DNA of 64,000 nt from Thermomicrobiales bacterium. GTDB lineage: Bacteria; Chloroflexota; Chloroflexia; Thermomicrobiales; UBA6265. The position numbers and the translations under genes are program-made. Under the pieces are notes generated by a model that had not been told where the DNA came from, did not search any database, and worked only from the letters and a program-made list of their open reading frames with translations. Numbering within the stretch: the first letter of the stretch is position 1; every line of letters begins with the position of its first letter. Where the stretch lies: contig JASGDN010000036.1 of NCBI GenBank assembly GCA_049841275.1, positions 10,173 to 74,172 of the forward strand. The letters are read 5' to 3'. Positions 18,896-28,392 of this stretch are shown here, in pieces.

Positions 18896-20245
18896 ATGGT
18901 TACCACCGTCCCCTCCCCCACCAGTGTCCCGGTATCGCCGGGCGCCCGCACGCCAAAGATCACGCTGGTCGGCGCGGGCAGCACGGTTTTCGCCAAGAAC
19001 CTGATCGGCGACATCCTCAGCTATCCGGAACTCGCCGGCAGCACAATCGCGCTCTTCGACATCGACCCGGAACGGCTGCGCACCTCGGAGATCGTCGCCA
19101 ACAAGCTGAAGGGATCGGCTGGCGCTGCCGCTACGATCGAGGTTCACACCGACCGCCGCGCCGCACTCGATGGCGCCGATTACGTCATCACCATGATCCA
19201 GGTCGCAGGCTACAAACCGGGCACCGTCACCGACTTCGAGATCCCGAAGAAGTACGGGTTGCGACAGACCATTGCCGATACGCTCGGGATCGGCGGCATC
19301 TTCCGCGGCCTGCGCACGATTCCCGTGCTGGTAGACATCGCGAAGGAGATGGAAGAGCTCTGCCCAAAGGCGCTCTACCTGAATTACGTCAACCCGATGG
19401 CGATGAACTGCTGGGCGATCACCCGATCCAGTTCCATTTCCACGGTCGGTCTCTGCCACAGCGTGCAGGGCACTGCCGGCGAGCTGGCGAAGGACATCGG
19501 GATTCCGGTGGAGGACATCAACTATATCGCCGCCGGCATCAACCATTACGCCTTCTACCTGAAGTTCGAGCGAGATGGCGTCGATCTCTACCCGGAACTG
19601 CGTAGGGTCATCGCCGAAGGCCGCGTCCCGGATCACAATCGCGTCCGCTACGAGATGCTGAAGCGCACCGGCTACTTCGTCACCGAGTCGAGCGAGCATT
19701 TCAGCGAATACGGTCCGTGGTTCATCAAGCGAGACCGTCCGGACCTGATCGAACAGTTCAACATCCCGCTGGACGAATACATTCGCCGCTGTGAGGATCA
19801 GTTGGAGAAGTGGGGCAAGATGCGCGCCGAATACGAGGGCGATGCCCCCATCGAGCACAAGCGGTCGCATGAATATGCATCGCAGATCATCCTCGGCCAC
19901 GAAACCGGCGCACCGCAGGTGATCTACGGCAACGTGCCGAATCGCGGACTGATCGACAACCTGCCGGACGGCTGCTGTGTGGAGGTGCCGATCCTCGTCG
20001 ACAAGAGCGGCCTGCAGCCAACCGCTATCGGCAAGCTGCCAGTCCACCTCGCGGCGATGATGCAGACCAACATCAACGTCCAGGCGCTCACTGTCGAGGC
20101 CGCGCTGACCGGCAAGCGCGAGCACATCTATAACGCCGCAATGCTCGACCCTCACACCGCCGCCGAACTCGACCTGGACCAGATCTGGCACCTCGTCGAC
20201 GACCTGATCGACGCGCACGGCGACTGGCTCCTCACCTACCACTGA
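18896..20245 (+). CDS. Glycoside hydrolase family 4 (NAD+/Mn2+-dependent alpha-galactosidase/alpha-glucosidase, MelA-like)
   Basis: KITLVGAGSTVF N-terminal Rossmann fold, GLCHSVQG catalytic Cys-His region, INHYAF. ATG 18896 with GGAGG 10 nt upstream. Confidence 0.88.
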   Translation: MVTTVPSPTSVPVSPGARTPKITLVGAGSTVFAKNLIGDILSYPELAGSTIALFDIDPERLRTSEIVANKLKGSAGAAATIEVHTDRRAALDGADYVITMIQVAGYKPGTVTDFEIPKKYGLRQTIADTLGIGGIFRGLRTIPVLVDIAKEMEELCPKALYLNYVNPMAMNCWAITRSSSISTVGLCHSVQGTAGELAKDIGIPVEDINYIAAGINHYAFYLKFERDGVDLYPELRRVIAEGRVPDHNRVRYEMLKRTGYFVTESSEHFSEYGPWFIKRDRPDLIEQFNIPLDEYIRRCEDQLEKWGKMRAEYEGDAPIEHKRSHEYASQIILGHETGAPQVIYGNVPNRGLIDNLPDGCCVEVPILVDKSGLQPTAIGKLPVHLAAMMQTNINVQALTVEAALTGKREHIYNAAMLDPHTAAELDLDQIWHLVDDLIDAHGDWLLTYH

Positions 20246-20258
20246 CCCTCCCCCAATA

Positions 20259-20302
20259 GGCATGACGAACCCGCACGATGTATCGTGCGGGTTCGTCATG
20301 CC
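20259..20302 (+). terminator. Long hairpin terminator after the GH4 gene
   Basis: ggcatgacgaacccgcacgat / atcgtgcgggttcgtcatgcc forms a near-perfect 21-bp palindrome. Confidence 0.6.
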
Positions 20303-20548
20303 TGTACTTTGCATATCGAGCTGCCCTCTGTAGCCACACCAGATACATTCGGGACCGTCGAGTTTGCGTATAGGACGAGGGCAGAGATCATGAGGGAGGA
20401 TTGCATGGTCAATGCCAGCAAGCAGGGACCAGGAGTCTGACCGCCAAGTCTGAATTGCCACGGTCCCTGGCACAGATTGCGCGATGGTTGTTCCTGACGT
20501 GTTTCATGTCGGGAACGTATACGGTCGGTGTACAGGGAACAGGAGTAT

Positions 20549-21475
20549 ATGACGAGCCAATCTTCGGCAAGTGGGCTGGCAGCGGCGCCGGCAAGTACGC
20601 ATGTCGCTCCGCGAAAGGGATTCAGGCGCTGGCTGAAGCGAAATTCGCTCGAAATCGCGCTGTGCGCGCCTTTCGCGCTCTACGTCGCGTTCTTCATGTT
20701 CGTGCCCGTCCTGCAATCCATCTACTACAGCTTCGTTCGCCAGGGGACGAACACCCCTACCTTCGACAATTACCGGGACGTTGTCGGGCAGAGCCAGTTC
20801 TCCGATGCGTTCTGGAACACCATCGGCATCACGGTCATGGGTGTCACGATGGAGATGGTGATCGGCCTCATCATCGCCCTGATGCTGACGCGAGCCTTCC
20901 GGGGACGCGGACTCTTCCGCTCGATCGTGCTGATTCCGATGGGCGTGCCAACCCTGGTCGCCGGTGCGGCGATGCTCTATTTCGTCGGATTCAACGGCTA
21001 CCTGAACAAGCTCCTGCTGGATCTCGGCATCATCGATGTGCCCGTCTACTGGCAACAGAGCGGCCTACGCGGGATGTTCGTCATCGCGCTTTCCGACCTC
21101 TGGAAGACGATCCCGCTGGTGGTCCTCATCCTGCTCGCCGGGCTTGAGGCGATCCCCGGCGATGTCTACGAAGCCGCCGATGTCGATGGTGCAAACGACT
21201 GGCAGAAGTTCTGGAATCACACCATTCCGCTGCTGATGCCGGCCATCACGATGGCCCTCATCCTCCGCGCGATCGACGCCTTCCGCATCTTCGACATCGC
21301 AATGGTGATCGCCGGGCAAGCAATCCCGGTGATGAGTTCCTTCGTGTACTTCGACTACCAGACCGGACGCACGAACACCGCCTCGGCCGCCGCAGTCATC
21401 CTGCTGCTCATGATCGTGGTCTTTGTGATCGCCTACATCTTCCTTGTCGAACGCCGATCGGAGGTCGAACGATGA
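20549..21475 (+). CDS. Sugar ABC transporter permease (CUT1)
   Basis: EAA loop YEAADVDGANDWQKFWNHTIP. ATG 20549 with AGGAG at 20541-20545. Confidence 0.9.
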   Translation: MTSQSSASGLAAAPASTHVAPRKGFRRWLKRNSLEIALCAPFALYVAFFMFVPVLQSIYYSFVRQGTNTPTFDNYRDVVGQSQFSDAFWNTIGITVMGVTMEMVIGLIIALMLTRAFRGRGLFRSIVLIPMGVPTLVAGAAMLYFVGFNGYLNKLLLDLGIIDVPVYWQQSGLRGMFVIALSDLWKTIPLVVLILLAGLEAIPGDVYEAADVDGANDWQKFWNHTIPLLMPAITMALILRAIDAFRIFDIAMVIAGQAIPVMSSFVYFDYQTGRTNTASAAAVILLLMIVVFVIAYIFLVERRSEVER

Positions 21476-22350
21476 GCGCCATCTCGACACCACAGGTTCC
21501 GGCGCCCTCCGAGAAGCCGGTGTTCAGCCCGAAGCGGCGCTTCCGCTGGGGAGACATCTTCTTCTGGGTACTGGCGATCGCCGTCTCGATCGTCATCCTG
21601 ACGCCGATCTACGTTCTCTTCAAGACCTCCGTGAGCACCGTGGCCCAGGCCACCGCACCCAGCCCGTCGTGGCTGATTCACGGCATCACCTGGGACAACT
21701 GGAACCGGCTGCTGACCTGGGATGTCATCGGCTCACCGCTGATGCACAGCCTCACCGTGGCGACCGGGACCGCCATCCTGGCCGTGCTGATCGCGGCACC
21801 CGCAGCGTATGTCATCTCGCGGCTGCCGTCGCGCAGCCGGTACCTGGTGATCCTCGCGGTGCTCTTCACCCGCATGTTCCCGGAAGTGATCATCGCGACG
21901 CCAATTGCGACGAACTTCTTCCGCTGGGGACTCAACGACACGAACCTGGGCCTGATGATGGCCCATCTCATCCGCACGTTGCCGTTGGTCTGCTGGATCC
22001 TGATCGGTTCGTTCCAGGTGATCCCGCGCGACCTCGAGGAAGCCAGCTTCGTGGACGGCGGCGACAAGCTCACGACATTGATCCGGATCGTCCTGCCGCT
22101 CGGATTGCCGGGCATCGCGGTGGCCGCGATCTTCGCCTGGCTCGACTCGTGGAACGACCTGCTCTACGCCATCTACCTGTTCCTGACGCAGCGCACACTC
22201 CCGCTCGTCACCTACTACTACGCGAACCGCGGCACCGTCACCGATGTCGCAACGTTCTCCATCATCATGACCATTCCCGTCATCCTCATCACCTTCTTCC
22301 TGCAACGCTGGATCCGTGGCGGCTATCTCAGCGGCGCAGTGAAAGGCTAG
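21472..22350 (+). CDS. Sugar ABC transporter permease (CUT1)
   Basis: EAA loop LEEASFVDGGDKLTTLIRIVLP. ATGA overlap with the upstream permease. Confidence 0.9.
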   Translation: MSAISTPQVPAPSEKPVFSPKRRFRWGDIFFWVLAIAVSIVILTPIYVLFKTSVSTVAQATAPSPSWLIHGITWDNWNRLLTWDVIGSPLMHSLTVATGTAILAVLIAAPAAYVISRLPSRSRYLVILAVLFTRMFPEVIIATPIATNFFRWGLNDTNLGLMMAHLIRTLPLVCWILIGSFQVIPRDLEEASFVDGGDKLTTLIRIVLPLGLPGIAVAAIFAWLDSWNDLLYAIYLFLTQRTLPLVTYYYANRGTVTDVATFSIIMTIPVILITFFLQRWIRGGYLSGAVKG

Positions 22351-22424
22351 GACCGGATGACCGATGGTGCGGCGTGCATCCGGGTACGTCGCAGCCCGTA
22401 TCCCGACCAGGAGGTCAATGACGC

Positions 22425-23810
22425 ATGTTCGAGGCAGAACTCAATCGTCAACGCAAGGCTGCTCAGTCGCTCGTCACCGATCACGTCGAAGGCCGCATCG
22501 ACCGGCGTTCGCTCCTGAAGCTCGCCGGGGCCGCCGGCATCTCCGTTCCAGTCCTCAGTGCGGCCCTTGGCGCCCGCGGTGTCGCGGCTCAGGATGCCAC
22601 GCCAGGTGCTTCCCCGGCAGCGTCGCCCGCCGCGTCGCCGGCAGCGGAAGCACCATTGGCCCTCGGCAACTACGACGGAAAATCGCTCAAGGCCTCCATT
22701 GCGATGGCCGAGCAGGAAGCCCAGGTCTTCCGCGATGTGGTGGTCGCTGGATTCAAGCAGGCCACCGGCGGCGACATCGAGGTGGTCAACATCGAGTCGG
22801 CCGATGTCATCCGCACATTGCAGGCGCAGAAGGACTCGGGAAACGTCCAGCTCGACCTGCTGGTGCAGGACAACAACACGCTCGCCCAGCTCGTCTCGAA
22901 CGAGTTGGTGGAGAAGATCCCGGAAGCCAGCGAGATCATGCCGCCGACCACGATCGAGGCGCTGAAGCCGGTGCTCCAGTTCGATAACGAATACTGGTTC
23001 CTGCCCGCCCGTCCGAATGTCCAGATCACGTACTACAACTCGACGAAGTTCAGCGACTGGGGAGTGGAGCCACCCAAGACCTGGGACGACCTGAAATCCA
23101 CGGCCCAGACGATCAAGGAGAAGGCCGGCGTCGGCCAGGTGTCGATCCAGGGCGTCACTGGCGGGGCGGTGGGCGTCACCGTGACGCAGTTCCTGTGGCA
23201 GGCAGGCGGCGATCCGCTCAAGATCAACACCGATCAGGGTGCGCAGGCCTTCCAGCTCATGCAGGACCTGAAGCCGAACCTGACGCCGCAGTATCCGACC
23301 GCAACGTTCGACACCACGAACACCTACCTGCTCAACGAGAGTGTGGTGCTCGCCCAGAACTGGCCGTTCGGCGTTGTCGTGATCGTGGATCAGGGCGGCA
23401 AAAAGGACATCCTCACCTACGCCGGATGGGAAGGTCCCGCCGGGAACGCGCTGGTGCTCGGCGGCGATGTCTTCGGCATCGCGGCCGGAACCCAGAACCG
23501 CGACATGGCCATCGACTTCACGAAATACTGGATGAGCCGCGATATCCAGGAGCAGCTGACCGCGAAGAACGGATGGCCGTCCATGCGGTCCGACGCCCTC
23601 GGGCAGGTCGCCGACTGGCAGAAGCCGTACTTCGAGGTCGTGAACGAGGCACTGGGCGTCACGCAGGCTCGCCCGAACGTGACGTACTGGGGCGAGGTCG
23701 AGACGATCCTGAGCAACGCCTTCAACGACATCGTGACCGGCGGCCAGGATGTGAAGGACACGCTCGAGCGCTATCAGCAGGAGATCGACAAGGCCGCCAA
23801 CGGCGGCTGA
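22425..23810 (+). CDS. Sugar ABC transporter solute-binding protein with Tat-type signal
   Basis: RRSLLKLAGAAG twin-arginine signal, an ASPAASPAASPAAEAP linker, and a family-1 SBP body. AGGAGG 10 nt upstream. No ATPase gene in this locus. Confidence 0.88.
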   Translation: MFEAELNRQRKAAQSLVTDHVEGRIDRRSLLKLAGAAGISVPVLSAALGARGVAAQDATPGASPAASPAASPAAEAPLALGNYDGKSLKASIAMAEQEAQVFRDVVVAGFKQATGGDIEVVNIESADVIRTLQAQKDSGNVQLDLLVQDNNTLAQLVSNELVEKIPEASEIMPPTTIEALKPVLQFDNEYWFLPARPNVQITYYNSTKFSDWGVEPPKTWDDLKSTAQTIKEKAGVGQVSIQGVTGGAVGVTVTQFLWQAGGDPLKINTDQGAQAFQLMQDLKPNLTPQYPTATFDTTNTYLLNESVVLAQNWPFGVVVIVDQGGKKDILTYAGWEGPAGNALVLGGDVFGIAAGTQNRDMAIDFTKYWMSRDIQEQLTAKNGWPSMRSDALGQVADWQKPYFEVVNEALGVTQARPNVTYWGEVETILSNAFNDIVTGGQDVKDTLERYQQEIDKAANGG

Positions 23811-23840
23811 TCCGGCTCCGGCCAGGCTACGTCAGCGCAC

Positions 23841-23873
23841 GCAAACGGGGATGGCAGTGCCATCCCCGTTTGC
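23841..23873. terminator. Bidirectional hairpin terminator
   Basis: gcaaacggggatggca / tgccatccccgtttgc forms a 16-bp palindrome between convergent genes. Confidence 0.6.
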
Positions 23874-23891
23874 CGTTCGGCGGTGCCGAAT

Positions 23892-24404
23892 CTACGTAGA
23901 CGCCTCGTGCGCGGCGAAGTAGCCGCGCCACGGACCGACACCCGCGATGAAGGGCTGCATGATCGCTTCCTCGGCCTGCACCATGTGCATGAGGTCGTGA
24001 CCGCCCCATTCACATAAAAGGTTCGCGAGCGTCACCTCTCCCAGTTCGGCGTGGACCGCGGTGCGGGTCAGTTCCTCCTGCTGTACCGTCGCCAGCACCT
24101 CCAGCCCCCGCTCGCGCAACGCGGCCCAGCGGTCGATCAGCGCCTCAATGTCCTCGACCGGCTTGCCAACCTCGGCCCCACGATCCTGGTCGAAGGCCGG
24201 AAACGGCTGGCCCGCCCGGATCGCCTCGGCGCGGGAGGTGAAGACCGGCTCCACGTCGATCAGGTGCTGCAGGACATTCACCGCCGACCACTCACCCGAC
24301 GCAGGAACGCGCGCCAGCAGGCCGGGATCGACCGCACCCACCAATCCACGCCAGCGATCCGGTCCGACCGCCAGGATTGCCGTCACCGATGCGAGTACAT
24401 CCAT
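23892..24404 (-). CDS. DinB-family (DinB_2 / four-helix-bundle metal-binding) protein
   Basis: 170 aa with ..NVLQHLIDVE.. and ..WGGHDLMHMVQAEE.. His-containing helices. ATG 24404 with GAAGGAGAG upstream. Confidence 0.65.
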   Translation of the reverse strand: MDVLASVTAILAVGPDRWRGLVGAVDPGLLARVPASGEWSAVNVLQHLIDVEPVFTSRAEAIRAGQPFPAFDQDRGAEVGKPVEDIEALIDRWAALRERGLEVLATVQQEELTRTAVHAELGEVTLANLLCEWGGHDLMHMVQAEEAIMQPFIAGVGPWRGYFAAHEAST

Positions 24405-24537
24405 CGTGGATCTCTCCTTCCCATCTTCCCAAGCAGTTTGCGAGGAGCACGATGACTCCGTATGCTGGCGGACAGTGGCGTGCTCGCACGCATCGTTCCG
24501 TGTCCTTCTACCATCCACCAGCAAGGATCACCGTCCC

Positions 24538-25017
24538 GTGAGTCCATCATCCCCGGTCTCCATCCGACCCGCAACACCTTCCGACGTCCCGTTCATCACG
24601 GAGATGTACGAGCTGGTGGAAGGGACCGGCGCCCCTCACTGGCGAACAGACGGCTCGACGCCGAACCCCTACTCCACCGACTGGATCGCCACGTACTTCG
24701 ATCGCTCCCCCGACAACCAGCAGATTTTCGTCGCGGCGGACACAGACGATGAGCCGCTCGGCTACGTCTGGGTCCTGACGCTTACGGATTTCGACTCCCA
24801 TCTCCCGCACGGACACATCGCAGGCGTCGCCGTTGCGCCACACGCTGGAGGCAAGGGAACCGGCCGCATGCTGGTCGCCGCTGCGGAGGTCTGGTGTCAG
24901 GAGCAGCAGGTCGACGAAGTGACGCTCCATTGCTACATCGGCAACGAGAAGGCCCACTCACTCTATCTGCACCTCGGTTACGAGGATGAGTGGTACCAGA
25001 TGCGCAAGGCCCTGTAG
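24538..25017 (+). CDS. GNAT-family N-acetyltransferase
   Basis: Acetyl-CoA loop IAGVAVAPHAGGKGTGRML. GTG at 24538 with AAGGA about 10 nt upstream. The tracked 318-aa ORF is an antisense extension across the DinB gene. Confidence 0.8.
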   Translation: MSPSSPVSIRPATPSDVPFITEMYELVEGTGAPHWRTDGSTPNPYSTDWIATYFDRSPDNQQIFVAADTDDEPLGYVWVLTLTDFDSHLPHGHIAGVAVAPHAGGKGTGRMLVAAAEVWCQEQQVDEVTLHCYIGNEKAHSLYLHLGYEDEWYQMRKAL

Positions 25018-25027
25018 GCGAAGGCCG

Positions 25028-25621
25028 CTACGACGTGACCGACGTCTGCCGCAGCATCTGCAATGCACCGCTCCACCGCTGCAGTTCGGTGAACATGGTT
25101 GCGGCCTGTGCATGATGCGAATCGGTCGGCTGGAAGACGCCATCCTTGATCGAGTTCATCGCAAACGGCAGGACAACGGCCTCCTTGATCGGCATCATGT
25201 TCAGGGTGGTCAACACCTGCTTGACCTGTTGGACGGCACGGAGTCCGCCGGAGATGCCGCCATAGCTGACGAGGGCGGCAGGCTTGTACTGCCACTCCTG
25301 GGACAGATAGTCGATCGCGTTCTTCAGCGGCGCCGTGAAGCTGAAGTTGTACTCTGGCATCACGATCACGAATGCGTCCTGCGCGTCAACAAGGTCACTC
25401 CAGGCGATCGTATGCGGCTTCGTGTACTGATGGAGACGCGGGTGGTTCGGCTCGTCCATCAGCGGAAGGTCGATCTCCGCCAGATCGAGCACCGTCGCGT
25501 CGAACCCACCATGCGCCCGCGCGGCCTCTGCCACCCATGTCCCGATCGGCAGGCCGATGCGGCCGGGCCGCGTGCTGGCGATGATGACGCCCAGCTTTGT
25601 CGTCGTTCCCGGTTCGACCAT
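25028..25621 (-). CDS. NADPH-dependent FMN reductase family protein
   Basis: KLGVIIASTRPGRIG.., ..VIVMPEYNFSFTAPLKNAIDYL.., ..SYGGISGG... Confidence 0.85.
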   Translation of the reverse strand: MVEPGTTTKLGVIIASTRPGRIGLPIGTWVAEAARAHGGFDATVLDLAEIDLPLMDEPNHPRLHQYTKPHTIAWSDLVDAQDAFVIVMPEYNFSFTAPLKNAIDYLSQEWQYKPAALVSYGGISGGLRAVQQVKQVLTTLNMMPIKEAVVLPFAMNSIKDGVFQPTDSHHAQAATMFTELQRWSGALQMLRQTSVTS

Positions 25622-25746
25622 TGGCGCCTGCTGCTCAATCACGAGAACCCTCTTTTCCGCGTCACACAAAGCGGCGCAGAACACGGTGTTCTGCGCCGAA
25701 CATCGACAGATTCTACCGCACTTACCCAGTGTAAGGATGGCGACGG

Positions 25747-27246
25747 TCAGGCGGAGGTAAGCGTCCGCCTGACCACGTCCAGCCAGGCCGCGTAGCGCGA
25801 TTCCCGCTCATCCGCACCAATGGACGGCTCAAACCGCCGGTCGATCGCGAGACCGGCCCGCAGGTCGTCGCGGCTCGTCCAGACGCCAGTCGCCAAGCCT
25901 GCCATGAAGGCCGCGCCACGCACGGTCGTCTCGATCACCACCGGACGCTCGACCGGCGTGCCGAGCACATCCGCCTGGATCTGCATCAGCAGATCGTTCT
26001 GGGCCGCACCGCCGTCGACACGAAGGGAACCGAGTTCGATCTCGCCGTCCTGCTGCATGGCGTCGAGCACATCCCGGCTCTGGAACGCGATCCCCTCCAG
26101 CGTTGCCCGCGCGATATGCGCCGCCGTCGTGCCGCGAGTGATGCCGGCAATCGTTCCGCGCGCATTTGCATCCCAGTAGGGAGCGCCGAGACCAGAAAGC
26201 GCCGGCACGAACGTCACGCCGCCCGCATCGGGCACCGACGCTGCCAGCGGCTCGATGTCGCGGGCATGCCGGATGATGCCCAGCCCGTCGCGCAGCCACT
26301 GCACCGCCGAGCCGGTCACGAAGATCGCCCCTTCCAGCGCGTATTCGACGACGCCATCGATACCCCAGGCGATGGTCGTCAGCATCCGGTGGGTAGACAC
26401 CACCACCTCGGTGCCGGTCTGCATGAGCAGGAACGATCCGGTGCCATACGTGTTCTTGGCCTCGCCCGGCGCGAAGCAGGCCTGCCCGAAGAGCGCGCAT
26501 TGCTGGTCGCCGCCGGATCCGGCAATCGGAATCGCCGCCCCGAACAGCGCAGGCTCGGTCCGGCCGATCATCTCGCTATTGCCATGGACGGCCGGCAGGA
26601 TCGCCGCCGGAATCCCAAGGTCGGCCAGCAACTCCGACGACCATTCGAGCGCCCGGATGTCGTAGAGCATCGTGCGTGAGGCGTTCGCGTAGTCGATCGA
26701 GTGGATCGCCCCACCGGTGAGGTTCCAGATCAGCCAGGCGTCGATCGTCCCGAATGCGATCTCGCCGGCCTCTACCCGCCGCCGCAACTCGTCGTCGCGC
26801 TCCAGCAACCAGGCGATCTTCGTGGCGGAGAAATAGGCATCCGGCACGAGTCCGGTGATGCGCTGGTACGTCTCCGCCATCCCCCGCGCGTGGATCGCCT
26901 CGACCAGCGGCGCACTCTGGCGGCTTTGCCAGACGATCGCCGGAGCGACTGGTTGTCCGGTCTTCCGATCCCAGAGCACGGTCGTCTCGCGCTGGTTTGT
27001 GATGCCGATACCCGCGATCTGGCCGGGCGCGATCCCCGTTTCGGCAAGCACGCGCCGGGTGACATCGAGCGTCACATCCCAGATGTGGGAGGCATCCTGG
27101 TTCACCCAACCCGGGTGCGGGTAGATCTGCTCGATCTCGCGTTGCACACTGCCAACCGCGTTCCCTGCCGCATCGTAGATCACCGCCCGGCTGGAGGTCG
27201 TGCCCTGATCGATCGCCAGCACATGGCGAGCATTCGCATCGCTCAT
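25747..27246 (-). CDS. glpK: Glycerol kinase
   Basis: LAIDQGTTSSRAVIYD, ITNQRETTVLWD, GDQQCALFGQ. Length 499 aa from ATG 27246; ATG 27258 is an alternative. The tracked 669-aa ORF is over-extended. Confidence 0.95.
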   Translation of the reverse strand: MSDANARHVLAIDQGTTSSRAVIYDAAGNAVGSVQREIEQIYPHPGWVNQDASHIWDVTLDVTRRVLAETGIAPGQIAGIGITNQRETTVLWDRKTGQPVAPAIVWQSRQSAPLVEAIHARGMAETYQRITGLVPDAYFSATKIAWLLERDDELRRRVEAGEIAFGTIDAWLIWNLTGGAIHSIDYANASRTMLYDIRALEWSSELLADLGIPAAILPAVHGNSEMIGRTEPALFGAAIPIAGSGGDQQCALFGQACFAPGEAKNTYGTGSFLLMQTGTEVVVSTHRMLTTIAWGIDGVVEYALEGAIFVTGSAVQWLRDGLGIIRHARDIEPLAASVPDAGGVTFVPALSGLGAPYWDANARGTIAGITRGTTAAHIARATLEGIAFQSRDVLDAMQQDGEIELGSLRVDGGAAQNDLLMQIQADVLGTPVERPVVIETTVRGAAFMAGLATGVWTSRDDLRAGLAIDRRFEPSIGADERESRYAAWLDVVRRTLTSA

Positions 27247-27393
27247 CGTCGCATCCATTCCTGCATGCACATCCGCCACACGGTGGCGCGAAACCGGTTC
27301 CCTCGTGGCGATCATGCTACCGCATCGCCGCGACCGGCCGATACGTTCGTGTTGTGCCTCGTCAAATCGTGAACGATGTGTAAAGCTGTCGGC

Positions 27394-28278
27394 ATGACAA
27401 GCGAGCACGCGCTTCCCTACAGCCTCGTCAAGGACGACGATCTCCCGACGCTCGTCATGAAGGTCGTCGGCAGCCGTCCGACGACCTTGACGCCCTTGTC
27501 CGGAGGTATGTTCGGCACGATCCACCGGGCGACCTTCACAGACGGCGAGGACGTGGTGGTGAAGCACAATCCGGACGAGGACTCCCGGCTCGACATCGAG
27601 GCGGAGATGTTGCGCGCCCTCCGCCTGCCCGATGTGATCCGCGTGCCGGATGTGCTCTTCGCCTCGCCGAACCTGCTCGTGCTGGAATTCCTGCCCGGCG
27701 GGCATCTTCAACCCGCCGCCCATGCCGATGCAGGCCGCCACCTGGCCCGGCTCCATCAGGTGACCGCCGACCGGGCCGGCCTCGGCGGCACGACGCTCAA
27801 CGGCACGATCGAGCTGCCGAGTCCGTGGACCGATTCATGGATCGCCTTCTACCGCGAGCACCGGCTCCGCTTCTCGGCAGCGATCGCCGCACCGCGCTTG
27901 CTCGCCGGATTCTCCGAACGGATCGAGCGGCTGGCGGAATGTCTCGACAGCATCCTGATCGAACCGGATGCCTGCTCGCTGCTGCATGGCGATGTGTGGG
28001 CGGCGAATGTGCTTTCGTCAGGCGATCGGGTGACGGGCTTCATCGATCCGTCGACCTGCTACGGCGATCCCGAGATGGAACTCGCCTACGCGACCGTCTT
28101 CGGCGACCTGGGCGACGACTTCCTCGACGCCTACGCGGCCATCCGGCCGCTCGCGTCCGGATTCCGTGAACGGCGTGCCCCCGTTTACGCCGTTTATCCG
28201 GCGCTGGTTCACGTCCACTATTTCGGCGATCGTTTCATGCCCACCCTCGACCGCTTGCTGACCGAATCCGGCGTGTAG
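27394..28278 (+). CDS. Fructosamine/ketosamine-3-kinase family protein (aminoglycoside-phosphotransferase fold)
   Basis: LLHGDVWAANVL catalytic loop and GFIDPSTCYGDPEMELA. Confidence 0.8.
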   Translation: MTSEHALPYSLVKDDDLPTLVMKVVGSRPTTLTPLSGGMFGTIHRATFTDGEDVVVKHNPDEDSRLDIEAEMLRALRLPDVIRVPDVLFASPNLLVLEFLPGGHLQPAAHADAGRHLARLHQVTADRAGLGGTTLNGTIELPSPWTDSWIAFYREHRLRFSAAIAAPRLLAGFSERIERLAECLDSILIEPDACSLLHGDVWAANVLSSGDRVTGFIDPSTCYGDPEMELAYATVFGDLGDDFLDAYAAIRPLASGFRERRAPVYAVYPALVHVHYFGDRFMPTLDRLLTESGV

Positions 28279-28340
28279 CCACGCGTCTCATCCGGAGAAC
28301 GAAGCGGCGGCGCACACCCAAAGAAGCCCGCAAGACGCCA

Positions 28341-28373
28341 CTGGCCCCAGCACCGTGACGGTGCCGGGGCCAG
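28341..28373. terminator. Hairpin between convergent genes
   Basis: ctggccccagcacc / ggtgccggggccag forms a 14-bp stem with one mismatch. Confidence 0.45.
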
Positions 28374-28392
28374 ATCGTTCACGCAATCGGGA

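Noticed and set aside
24061-24537. 5' part of the tracked 318-aa ORF preceding the GNAT domain.
   Set aside because: It is antisense to the DinB-family gene and low-complexity. The GNAT domain begins at an in-frame GTG (24538) with an SD.
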